A stretch of 64,000 nucleotides of DNA, taken from Magallana gigas (taxonomy: Eukaryota). The stretch lies in assembly GCF_963853765.1 (NCBI RefSeq), contig NC_088860.1, positions 5,704,001-5,768,000 of the forward strand, in the 5' to 3' direction. The position numbers and the translations under genes were made by a program. A model generated the notes under the pieces. It did not search any database and was not told the origin of the DNA. It saw only the letters and a list, made by a program, of their open reading frames with translations. Of the stretch, positions 12,718-25,000 are shown piece after piece. Numbering within the stretch: position 1 is the first letter of the stretch; every line of letters begins with the position of its first letter.

Positions 12718-15700
12718 TTAACTACTAATTGTTTCCCACTAAATACTAACTGTTTCCCACTAACTACTAACTGTTTCCCACTATCTACTTAGTATTTCCC
12801 ACTAACTTCTAACTGTTTCCCACTAACTTCTAATTGTTTCCCACCAACTACTAACTGTTTCCCACTATCTACTAACTGTTTACCACTAACTACTAACTGT
12901 TTCCCACTAACTACTATTGTTTCCCATTAACTTCTAATTGTTTCCCACTAACTTCTAACTATTTTCCACTAACTGCTAACTGTTTCCCACTAACTACTGT
13001 TTCCCACTAACTACTAACCGTTTCAAACTAACAAGTAACTGTTTCCCCACTGACGACTAACTGTTTCCTACTAACTACTAACTGTTTTTCATTAACTTTT
13101 AATTGTTTCTCACTAACTACTTACTGTTTCCCACTAACTACTCACTGTTTTCCACTTACTACTAATTGTTTCCCACTAACGACTAACTGATTCCCAACTA
13201 CTTATTGTTTCCCACTAACAACTTACTGATTCCCATTAACTACTGACTGTTTCCCACTAACTACTAACTGTTTCCAACTTACAATAATTTGTTTCCTACT
13301 ACTAATTGTTTCCCACTACTAATAAATTCCCACTAACAACTAACTGTTTCCCACTAACAAGTCATTGTTTCCCTTTAACTACTAATTGTTTACCACTACT
13401 AATTAATTTCTACTAACAACTTACTGATTACCATTAACTACTGACTGTTTCCCACTAACTTCTAACTGTTTCCAACTTACAATAATTTGTTTCCTACTAC
13501 TAATTGTTTCCCACTACTAATTAATTCCTACTAACAACTAACTGTTTCCCACTAACTTCTAATTGTTTTCCACAAACTACTTACTGTTTCCCACTAACTA
13601 CTTACTATTTCTAACTAACTACTAATTGTTTTCCACAAACTACTAACTGTTTCCCACTAGCTACGAACTGTTTCCCACAAACTACTAACTGTTTCCCACT
13701 ATCTACTAACTATTTCCCACTAACTTCTATCTGTTTCCCACTAACTTCTAATTGTTTCCCACCAACTACTAACTGTTTACCACTACCTACTAACTGTTTC
13801 CCACTAACTACTATTGTTTCCCATTAACTTCTAATTGTTTCCCACTAACTTCTAACTATTTTCCACTAACTGCTTACCGTTTCCCACTAACTACTGTTTC
13901 ACACTAACTACTAACCGTTTCCAACTAACAAGTAACTGTTTCCCCACTAACGACTAACTGTTTCCTACTAACTACTAACTGTTTTTCATTAACTTTTAAT
14001 TGTTTCTCACTAACTACTTACTGTTTCCCACTAACTATTCACTGTTTTCCACTAACTACTAATTGTTTCCCACTAACGACTAACTGATTCCGAACTACTT
14101 ATTGTTTCCCACTAACGACTTACTGATTCCCATTAACTACTGACTGTTTCCCACTAACTACTAACTGTTTCCAACTTACAATAATTTGTTTCCTACTACT
14201 AATTGTTTCCCACTACTAATAAATTCCCACTAACAACTAACTGTTTCCCACTAACAACTCATTGTTTCCCAATGCTAATTAATTCACACTAACAACTGTT
14301 TCCCACTAACAACTCACTGTTTCCCTTTAAATACTAATTGTTTACCACTACCAATTAATTCCTACTAACAACTAACTGTTTCCCACTAACTACTCACTGT
14401 TTCCCACTAACTTCTTATTGTTTTCCACAAACTACTTACTGTTTCCCACTAACTACTAACTATTTCCAACTAACTACTATTTGTTTTCCACAAACTACTA
14501 ACTGTTTCCCACTAGCTACGAACTGTTTCCCACAAACTACTAACTGTTTCCCACTATCTACTAACTATTTCCCACTAACTTCTAACTGTTTCCCACTAAC
14601 TTCTAATTGTTTCCCACCAACTACTAACTGTTTACCACTACCTACTAACTGTTTCCCACTAACTACTATTGTTTCCCATTAACTTCTAATTGTTTCCCAC
14701 TAACTTCTAACTATTTTCCACTAACTGCTTACTGTTTCCCACTAACTACTGTTTCCCACTAACTACTAACCGTTTCCAACTAACAAGTAACTGTTTCCCC
14801 ACTAACGACTAACTGTTTCCTACTAACTACTAACTGTTTTTCATTAACTTTTGATTGTTTCTCACTAACTACTTACTGTTTCCCACTAACTACTCACTGT
14901 TTTCCACAAACTACTAATTGTTTCCTACTAACGACTAACTGATTCCCAACTACTTATTGTTTCCCACTAACGACTTACTGATTCCCATTAACTACTGACT
15001 GTTTCCTACTAACTACTAACTGTTTCCAACTTACAATAATTTGTTTCCTACTACTAATTGTTTCCCACTACTTATAAATTCCCACTAACAACTAACTGTT
15101 TCCCACTAACAACTCATTGTTTCCCAATGCTAATTAATTCACACTAACAATTGTTTCCTACTAACAACTCACTGTTTCCCTTTAACTACTAATTGTTTAA
15201 AACTACCAATTAATTCCTACTAACAACTAACTGTTTCCCACTAACTACTCACTGTTTCCCACTAACTTCTAATTGTTTTCCACAAACTACTAACTGTTTC
15301 CCACTAACTACTAATTGTTTTCCACAAACTACTAACTGTTTCCCACTAGCTACGAACTGTTTCCCACAAACTACTAACTGTTTCCCACTAGCTACGAACT
15401 GTTTCCCACAAACTACTTACTGTTTCCCACTATCTACTAACTATTTCCCACTAACTTCTAACTGTTTCCCACTAACTTCTAATTGTTTCCCACCAACTAC
15501 TAACTGTTTACCACTACCTACTAACTGTTTCCCACTAACTACTATTGTTTCCCATTAACTTCTAATTGTTTCCCACTAACTTCTAACTATTTTCCACTAA
15601 CTGCTTACTGTTTCCCACTAACTACTGTTTCCCACTAACTACTAACCGTTTCCAACTAACAAGTAACTGTTTCCCCACTAACGACTAACTGTTTCCTACT

Positions 15701-16435
15701 AACTACTAACTGTTTTTCATTAACTTTTGATTGTTTCTCACTAACTACTTACTGTTTCCCACTAACTACTCATTGTTTTCCACAAACTACTAATTGTTTC
15801 CCACTAACGACTAACTGATTCCCAACTACTTATTGTTTCCCACTAACGACTTACTGATTCCCATTAACTACTGACTGTTTCCTACTAACTACTAACTGTT
15901 TCCAACTTACAATAATTTGTTTCCTACTACTAATTGTTTCCCACTACTTATAAATTCCCACTAACAACTAACTGTTTCCCACTAACAACTCATTGTTTCC
16001 CACTGCTAATTAATTCACACTAACAATTGTTTCCTACTAACAACTCACTGTTTCCCTTTAACTACTAATTGTTTAAAACTACCAATTAATTCCTACTAAC
16101 AACTAACTGTTTCCCACTAACTACTCACTGTTTCCCACTAACTTCTAATTGTTTTCCACAAACTACTAACTGTTTCCCACTAACTACTAATTGTTTTCCA
16201 CAAACTACTAACTGTTTCCCACTAGCTACGAACTGTTTCCCACAAACTACTAATTGTTTCCCACTAACTACTAATTGTTCCCATCTAACGACTTACTGTT
16301 TCCAACTAACTATTAATTGTTTCCCACTAACTACTAACTGTTTCCTACTAACTACTTATTGTTTCCCACTACCTACTTACTGTTTCCCACTAACTTTTAA
16401 CTGTTTACTACTAACTATTAATTGTTTCCCACTAG
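12718..16435 (+). repeat. 21-bp minisatellite (CACTAACTACTAACTGTTTCC)n, about 175-180 units, with higher-order repeat of about 855 bp
   Basis: Direct reading; marker AACAAGTAAC recurs at 13030, 13927, 14782, 15658. Confidence 0.97.
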
Positions 16436-16554
16436 GTAAACGGTACCGTTGTATGGGATCATGGTCGGAAATTAAACCAGATGGTTTAAATTATACTTAT
16501 GCTGCAATAGCTGAAATTGTAGCAGAAAATGCCGAAGAGAAATTCAAGTGCTTG
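16436..16554 (+). pseudogene. Copy A exon 6 (KRYRCMGSWSEIKPDGLNYTYAAIAEIVAENAEEKFKCL)
   Basis: Acceptor CCCACTAG is the last minisatellite unit; donor GTAATG; homologous to 39958-40073. Confidence 0.88.
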
Positions 16555-16881
16555 GTAATGTGTGTGTGTGTGTTTGTGGGAGTGCGTGCTGGTGAGAGGG
16601 ATTGCAGAAAGTTATCATCTTATTGCTCTTTATCATATTATTATTTTCAATTATTTTGGTTGAATGGAATCAAGGTGTCCTGCATCATTCACCTATATAC
16701 CTACACTACATTCCAATAAAGCAAAAAATAAACACTTTCAAATTAATTCTTGCAAATTGTATTCTTTTGCCCGTTTCAGTAATGAAGAATTTCATTCCTT
16801 TGTATTTGAATAACAGTAGCCAATATAATATATTGAAAGAAAAATTCTTTTATAAATCAAATCAGTTTGTTTACATTTTAG

Positions 16882-16999
16882 ATGACCTTGACAAAGGATA
16901 AAGAGAACATTGAGACCAGATGGGTCATGTCTTCCCGTGCTGAATGCAAGACTCTCATCTCCATCTACACAGGACCAGTCAAACTAGTTCTCACAAAAA
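16882..16999 (+). pseudogene. Copy A exon 7 (MTLTKDKENIETRWVMSSRAECKTLISIYTGPVKLVLTK)
   Basis: TTTTAG| and |GTGAGT; homologous to 40239-40359. Confidence 0.88.
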
Positions 17000-17539
17000 G
17001 TGAGTAATTTTTTTAAGAAACAGCTCACGATGCAGAGAATGAGATGATTGCTTAAGCAGGTTATCATGTTTTTAAATAACGTGACAATATGCATACACAC
17101 TTTCAAAATAGGGTTGAATGCTACACCAACAATTTTTTGCTGGATTGTTATTGTTATTGGTGATTGATGTATGTAAAAAAAATCTTTTATTTTGAAGAGA
17201 AAATTGAAAAAAAAAGTTTTGTTGGCTATAAAACATTAAAAATTAAAATTTTCTGTCAGTAAGTATATTGTTTCAAAAAGGTCATGTGTTTTCTACCAGG
17301 GAATTAATTTTTAGAAATATTCATATATATAAAAAAGAACTATTCAAATCCTGGCACGAATTGAAACAAAAACTCAATGTATTTCATTATATAGAATACG
17401 AATACCTCATCGTTAAAAAACATTCTTTAAATTGATTAAACTTTAAAATCAAAAAGATATCTCATTGACAGTTACAGGGATTTTATTAATTTTTATTTTT
17501 TTCTATACAATAATTTATTTTTTTTTAAATTGTTTATAG

Positions 17540-17743
17540 TTCCAATTTCCAACGAGTACAATATACCCCTCGCTGCAGTTTCGATAAGGATATAGTTGGC
17601 GATTGGTTCATAAAGCGTAATAGAATTACTATAGATGATAAAATGCATTTCCCCCCTGCACTGAAACAAATGGATTTCTATTTTTCCTGTCAGCAAACAA
17701 ATGGAACTCGATATCTTCTGTCACAAACAGTATTTGGTAAATG
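17540..17743 (+). pseudogene. Copy A exon 8 with +2 frameshift
   Basis: 204 nt vs 202 nt in B; TACAATATACCCCT vs TACAATACCCCT. Confidence 0.88.
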
Positions 17744-17826
17744 GTAAGATCTTTCTGTCTTATTTTTTCAACAGTTATTTAGAGAAAATGCATACATAGA
17801 ATTAACATCTTTCGTCAAAACATTAA

Positions 17827-17828
<2 letters not shown>

Positions 17829-17894
<66 letters not shown>

Positions 17895-18514
17895 CACAAT
17901 ACATTTGTATGTGAGATAATACCTCCGCAGCGGCTCTGTAGATATACATCACCTGGGGTGCCAGGGGCCCCCCTGGATCAGTAATGCTATTCAGCGGTAT
18001 AAATAAATCATGCATCTGTATGTTATGTACAAAATATATATTTTCTTTAATATTTATAATTGTATTTTATTAAAGCGTATTAGACATGTGATGAATTAGC
18101 ACATATAATATAAAATCTCGAACGTTGAACTTTTCTCCTTATTTCTTATAGTTTTCAACTCTCAGAAAATAATGGCGAGATTTTAAAATCCGCAAAGGAT
18201 GCTTCTCGCGATTTTACGCGGATATTAATTCCTCGCGTTTAATTAGGAATTTACAGTATTCAGGAAGGTAACATTCAGTCATTGATATAATGTTCGTATC
18301 ANNNNNNNNNNNNNNNNNNNNNNNNNNNNNNNNNNNNNNNNNNNNNNNNNNNNNNNNNNNNNNNNNNNNNNNNNNNNNNNNNNNNNNNNNNNNNNNNNNN
18401 NNNNNNNNNNNNNNNNNNNNNNNNNNNNNNNNNNNNNNNNNNNNNNNATAACACAATATTCTCTCAAATTTAATCCAGAGAGCGCTTTCACCTGATCAGC
18501 TCTTCAGTGGATTT

Positions 18515-18584
<70 letters not shown>

Positions 18585-18701
18585 CTAAAATGAGTGAAAG
18601 GTGATATCACACAGTATAAATAATCAAAAAAAAAGAAAGAAAATGAACAGTTTCAAAGTTTCTATTCACTTTGGAACTGTTCATTTTCTTTTTCTTTTTT
18701 G

Positions 18702-18768
<67 letters not shown>
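17829..18768. repeat. Cluster of three (TA)n microsatellites (17829-17891, about 18498-18581, about 18705-18768) around an N gap
   Basis: Direct reading. Confidence 0.95.
18302..18447. other. Assembly gap (N); others at 41257-41392, 41908-42077, 42433-42605
   Basis: N runs. Confidence 1.
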
Positions 18769-18775
<7 letters not shown>

Positions 18776-18894
18776 AAAAACAATCGGAACATTAAGCATA
18801 TATGCGCAGGACTAACATCAACATCCTGAGTCCTAAATTGCCTACCGCATATGTCAAGAGGGGCAGGTCTTCCTCTTATATATTCCATAGTACT

Positions 18895-20410
18895 TATATT
18901 AAAGTTTACAAAATTTCATTTATCAAATACTATTTGATAACTTAAACTAAACTTTTCAAAAATGCTAAAGTTAAAATTTATACATTTTGATTTATTTACA
19001 GTAAGATAATTTTGAAAAAAACAGCGGCTACCCACATATTCGTTTATGATTTTACATTTCATTTTATATTTGTAAACTTTGCATGCAATAACAACAATGT
19101 AACATCAATATTTAGTATCAGTAAAATTTTCCGCCAAAGTGGCATTAACAGGTCGCACTCAAAGATCAAATGTTTTATATTTTCTGGTATATTGCAATTA
19201 ATACAATTCCCATTAATGTTTTTATCCCATTTTCTAACCGATAGATTCATGGTCAACAGGTTGTGAAGTAATTCATAATTAAATTCTGATACAGATTTAT
19301 CAAATAAAGACCGAACCTTGTTCTTGAAAATTACATTAAAATAGTACTTGTCTATTTGGAATTCCTTACACCATATATTTTTCCATAATAGGTTTTTGGG
19401 ATTCCTTTTTTATATGGATGTTGTAGAAAAAATTAGACTTTTCATTTGAAGTATCTTCTAGCTTTTCTTCGAAATAGAAATGCAACTTAGTGAGCGAATT
19501 CTTGAAATTTATGGCTCGTAGATCTATTCTTGAAAGGTGCATCTTTATTGCATTTTTAACTATTAAGTACTCACATAAAAATTGTTTGTTGATGCCAAGC
19601 ATCTGTTTATGCATGTATCGTTTATTGTTTTGAAGCCATTCTCATTAAAATGTCTTTTACTTATAATAAACCACCTTTAGTCCAACTTGAAAAAAATAGA
19701 GATTTACCCTAAAAACATAAATGATGTTTTTATTGAACCAAATATTTTGATTAGCAAAATTGGTTAATGAAATATCTTTGCATTCGTTAAAGGCCACTAG
19801 AACCTCGTTACAGAACATGGGGAGGAAGTTCGATTTAAATTCTTCGTATTTTGTAATGCTTGAATTTAGCAAAAATGGAATATCGATATTATGTTTAACT
19901 ACACAAGCGTTTAAAAGTGAAGACAGACTACTTCTTTTTTGAATAATTTTCAAAACCCGTGGAGCTTTTAAAGCTTTGAGTTTTGATTCAAAGTCTGTAA
20001 TACCAATGCCGCCTTCATTTATGTTTTTAATTAAGGTGTTACGCTTGATTCGCTTTCGATTTCCCCAAATAAAGGAGAAATTACTTTATTAATACTTTTT
20101 ATTAAAGAATGTTCTGGGTTTTCTAAAATAGTAGCCGTGTACAAGACCTTTGAGATTAAAAGAGAATTTATAAGCTGACATTTTCAAAAAAAGTTAATTT
20201 TCTACTTCGCCAAGAGTCAAGTATTTTTTCAAATTCTTTAAGTTTACATAACCCGTTTCTTTCGTTATTTTCGGTTTTGTTATGCCCCATTATATCCAAG
20301 ACATTTAATTGTTTCAAAATTCTTGAAAAATTCAACTTCTTTCCTGATACAAATCCAGGACATGAATCACTTGCACATGTTGTCAAAATAATTGAAAACA
20401 TTAAGAGTTA
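18895..20410 (-). mobile_element. Degenerate 5'-truncated L1/Tx1-type LINE (ORF2 C-terminal region)
   Basis: Fragments KLKEFEKILDSWRSRKLT, FSFIWGNRKRIKRNTL...EGGIGITDFESKLKALK, CINCNIPENIKHLIFEC (zf-RVT-like) with frameshifts. Confidence 0.82.
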
Positions 20411-20434
20411 ATTGTTTGTTTTGTTATATTTCAG

Positions 20435-20499
20435 TGATGTGAACTATGTGTGTATGGACATTGAACCAAGAAATGAACACTTTCTTCAACTTAAAGTTG
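20435..20499 (+). pseudogene. Copy A exon 9 (CDVNYVCMDIEPRNEHFLQLKVG)
   Basis: TTTCAG| and |GTGAG; phase 2-1; matches 43968-44032. Confidence 0.8.
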
Positions 20500-20625
20500 G
20501 TGAGAAGTTGTTAGATAAGATGTTTTTTGAAGATTATTTAACAAAGTAAAATTCAGAAATAATCATCTTAACACCAAATCCTTTATCTTCTTTATCTTGA
20601 TTGTGTGTTTTCATTTTAAAAATAG

Positions 20626-20746
20626 GTGTTCCCTTCCGAGTGGATCTCCGCGAGTTAGAGGACCCAGAACTTTGTTTCGAGCTAATTGTGAAACCCTGGC
20701 GGATACATCCGACATCCTGCTTGATAAATACCCTATTTCTATTTAA
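20626..20746 (+). pseudogene. Copy A exon 10 with -1 frameshift
   Basis: GAACTTTGTTTCG vs GAACTTCTGTTTCG in B. Confidence 0.72.
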
Positions 20747-21689
20747 GATCTCAGTAAAAAGTTAATCATGTTATGCTGCATTGTTTTATTTTACCACTAA
20801 AATAAAACATTATTAAATACCATTATTTTTCATTATTTATTAACACATACATGTACACTGAAGTTTGCACAAAAGCATTTAGTGGTAGATATCAAGTAAA
20901 TCATTATACAGCCAGGTCCATGTTTTACAAATATATTTTGGTTTACAAAACCTCAAGATCTAACAGTAGTAACTCATAAAAGATTGATGCAGCCAAACAA
21001 AAACTGCATGACGGCAGTATATTTAAAATGTTATTTAGAGTAACAATTGGCACCAATTTAATATAATAAAATTTACAGTATTAGACAAGCTTGTCTGCGA
21101 ATGATACTGCAAATGAGAAGGTATCTTATGCAGGTTTGAGTCCTGTCAACATCTTGTTGCGTTTCACAAAAAGGCAGTCGGGAGTTAACTTGGGTTTAAA
21201 TCTACGCGTGTTAATGGGTAGGTATAAGTCCTTAGTCTGTACACAAAAATGGCGAGTGTTTAAATTGTTTCTTCAGTAAAATAAACAGAGAATTTTAATT
21301 TTGGAATTGTTTTACTTGTTATTAAGGAAACGATTATATTTATTGAAATATTTGTACATCTATGTAAAACTTTTTAAAAATACCTATTGTCCGATAACTG
21401 TTCCTATTTCTAAATAAATTAAGATTAAATCAATTTGATAAATAATGGTCTTAACTCATTAAACGTATGCAATATACATTACTACTCGTTAATGAAAATT
21501 ACCTAAAGTATGAAGAAGTAAAGATGGGGTATACCTGAGATAAACACAAAAAATAAAAAATATGCTATAATTCTAAATTAAACATGTATACAATATTACG
21601 TGTATTAAACAACAACTCCAAGTTTATACATCGTATGGATGAAAAATGACAATAACAAACCATCTCAAAATCCATAAAACGAATTACAA

Positions 21690-22080
21690 ATTCAAAGCAG
21701 AGCAACACGGACCTCTTAAAAGATAGAGGTAGGATCAGGTGCCTAGAAGGAGTGAGCATCCTCTGCTGAGGATCACCGGCCGTGCGCCCAATGTCATATC
21801 GGTAAAAATATTATTATCGGGGAAAATGTCGTAATTTGGGGAAAACGTCACGATCGGGAAAAACGGAGAAAAATCCGTGGACAATTTGGTATTTAATCAA
21901 TATTCCAGAGCAGAGCAATCACGGACTTCTGGAAAACCCCAGAGGTAGGATCAGGTGCCTAGGAGGCGTGAGCATCCACTGCTGACTGGTCACACCCGAC
22001 GTGTGCTCTTTGTCGTAATCGGGGAAAAAACGGAAAAGTCCGTAGGCAATTAGGTTATTAATAATGGTCTAATAAATAGA
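21690..22080. repeat. Interspersed repeat with internal direct repeat of about 210 bp (AGAGGTAGGATCAGGTGCCTAG); also at about 45250-45610 and partially 49668-49790
   Basis: Direct reading; class (possibly Penelope-like pseudo-LTR) not established. Confidence 0.55.
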
Positions 22081-25000
22081 ATGAACAAGTTGCTGTCCTT
22101 TAAAAAAGGACTACAATACGTGGACCATTTGCATGTGTTTCCAACGAAAACGTGAATTTTGTCAGATTCCATCGACTCTAGCTGTCTGCTTTTAACCACT
22201 AAATTTGTACGTTGTATTACGTATACATGTACATGTATATATAGCCCTGACTTTTTATCTCAGAATTTAAAGGATTCATACATCTAGAATAATTATGATA
22301 TATCTATGAATGATGCTTGCATGTTTAGTATCAGACATTCGGTGAATTCTACTATTTGCGCACATATTACGATTCACACTACTTTGTTAACTATGCAGTG
22401 ACAGCTTTGTGTAAATTAAACATTTCATATTTTGATGCATTTTTCTTCAGATTTAAACTTTTATATAGTGACATAATGATTCAATCATACTTAAATGCTT
22501 AAAAAAATTAATCGGGAAGTTCTCTTGCCTCGCCTACTATAAAAGAAAAGTTTATTTACATGTGTATTCGGAAAACAACAAAACATTGCAAATTATGCTA
22601 TTTGATGTATGTTGTAGTTTAGGCATAACATTAACTTATTTCATAATACTGAAAGTTCATATCACATGCCAATCATTTCTTTAAAATGAATACTTTGTTT
22701 CTGTACTGTTTACCGACAACTTTACAATTACAGCGCCTTTGAACTTATGTGTGAATATGGCACGGAATCCCGATCCCGATTCAGATAAACGTGTGCTAGC
22801 CTAGTTCCCTGAGCTACCCATTACGTACAGGAACCAGGTTAGCTCATGCGCAGGCTGAATTTTCCCCACAGCATCCGGTTTAACCTCGCTTATATATTTT
22901 CATCAGGGTCCACGCAAAAACGTCAGTCAGCGTCCGACCCAGTGGAAGGTTGTATTTGCTGACAAGGTCGTTATATCGAGCATACTGTAGAGCTTACGAA
23001 AAGATGACTTCAGACGAGACTCTTGGTAGACCTGATTATCAACTTGTTTGATTTATATAAAATCGGATAGATGATTAATTTTTAAATCAATACTTAGTCA
23101 GCAAAGACTAGATTTTAGTTTAAAAACCTCTTAAGTTAGCATTGTTAAACTAAGTCTATATTTATCTTCACATCATTTGAAGAAGTACCACGTGCATGTA
23201 TTATGTTTTAGACGAAGTCCGAGACCAATTTGATGTTTCTAAAAAAATTTGAACCCATGAAACGAAACTGATTTCAACATATTGAGAATACTTCTTGAAA
23301 TATGAGCAACTCAGAACGTTTACAGTTGTAATTTGTGCTTGTGGGTGGCTGTGTGCTCCTTATCTATATTAATTACAATTCTACAAAACGTATGTATTCT
23401 CATTCTCATATTTTACTCTTAGTATCTTTATAAAACCATATGAAAGCTACATGTTATTTTGAATGTTTATGAACTCGCATTTAAATACAATCCATTTTAA
23501 TTTGTTAAGATATTACTTAAAAATAAATCTTGAACGTAGAGTTTGTATCAACTTTAGATCTATTGACAAGCGTTTGTCAAGGTTCTCAAAGATTCTGAAA
23601 TTTCACATCCATCAATCTTATTAATTCAAGGATCATCAAATCAATATTTCCCTGTATACAGTATGACATACTATTTATTTTCTTGAATGAGGAGGTCATA
23701 TAAAAGGATGTAACATTTGGTCTTTTTTATTACGACGCAGTTTCAATTGCTCTGGTGATGGATTAAAATTCAAGGTTCCAACATTGGTATTCTAGTGTGT
23801 CCTTGGGTAATAGGATGACTTTTAGATTTCAAAGAAATGTTTAGAAATAACTTTGTTGAATTTGGTGAAAATTGGGCAATTCATTATAAATGCGAATTAT
23901 CTATTTGCAGATATTTTGCCTTTCTAGTTTTCCTTAGAAAATTGGATAATGTTTAGATTTCTTTGTTAAATTTGGAAAAAATGAGGCCAATTTTTTGTAA
24001 ATGCGACTTTTTGTGCAGATTTTTAGCTTTTCTAGTGCATCCTTAGATAATTTGATGATTTTTAGATTTCGGAGAAATGTTTAGAAATAATTTAGTTGAA
24101 TTTGCGTAAAATGAGGCTATTTATTGTAAATGCGACTTATTCTTGCGTACACTATTTATGAAAGGTTTTTAGAAGTAATGTAACAAATGCTAGATAATCA
24201 TCGACATAAAGCAAAAAATACGCTAAGTTTATGCTGTTTAATAATGACAAAAATAACAAATTATATAGAATGTGTAGTCGCAAAGGGTGGTCGCCACATA
24301 CCAAAACCAAAAGTAGTCGAGCACAATTGGCCGTGATGCTCTTGCACACTTTGTTATACTTTTTAATGAATAAAACATAAACTAATATTTTAAGATTCGT
24401 TAAAAAGATCTGCTTGGAATGGTGCTCTTTTACACTTTTTTGTATTTAATAAAATAAATAAACTAAAGGCTTATTCCTTGATCACATGATACAGTGATCT
24501 GTGCAAATCTTGTACTCTGTGGTGAGGAACACCCCTACACAAGTCATGGAATCATTAACCCGTTTAACAATGTAAATTTAGGTTTAAAATCTTGGAACAG
24601 TTATAGCAGTTGAATTATTGAATAAAATTGATCGAATTTTCAACTTGGAATTTTACAAATTAGGATTGTGCAAATTTTGATATATCGCAGCCCTCGAAGA
24701 CCACGGTCATTATAAATTGTGACATTACTTCAATCAATCCTTGTGTTTAAAATTATATAATTTTTCTCTGCCAGAGATTAAATCACACCTTCCTTGGCTC
24801 CCGAGCGTAAACAGCGAACATGATTTAGTTTATGAAACACAATACCGTAACTAGAATTTAAAGAGCATAATTTTGACAATAACTCAACTAAGAAGTGAAG
24901 AGAGGCACAGAAAAACATTTTATTTTCAACCAAATAAACGCGCCAAAATGTCCGTGAACATAACATTGCAATAGATATAGGTATAAGTATATATATATAT

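Larger units (their letters stand above)
5396..20746 (+). pseudogene. Copy A of 10-exon secreted Cys/Trp-rich protein gene (DUF7044/7042/7043, PTHR22255-like), disabled
   Basis: Exons 5396-5441, 8146-8326, 9807-9886, 11774-11872, 12346-12555, 16436-16554, 16882-16999, 17540-17743, 20435-20499, 20626-20746 all have AG/GT boundaries and phases matching copy B. Lesions: TAG at 8241 (TGG in B), +2 nt in exon 8, -1 nt in exon 10. Family call is from recalled motif similarity (NC..FEG.YQFSY...G.C..P.S.I.AC; C.GSW...Y......EKFKC), not a search. Confidence 0.85.

Noticed and set aside
12718-16435. Array as a CRISPR, telomeric/G4 repeat, or (LTTNCFP)n coding repeat
   Set aside because: No spacers and eukaryotic context; only one GGG per 21 nt on the - strand; variant-length units break the frame and there is no start or splice entry
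17815-18888. ORFs with YIYIYI runs or X runs (also 41820-42612, 60607-60930)
   Set aside because: Artefacts of (TA)n microsatellites and N gaps
22895-22915. CTGATGA on - strand suggesting a hammerhead ribozyme
   Set aside because: No stem II/GAAA core or flanking helices could be assembled
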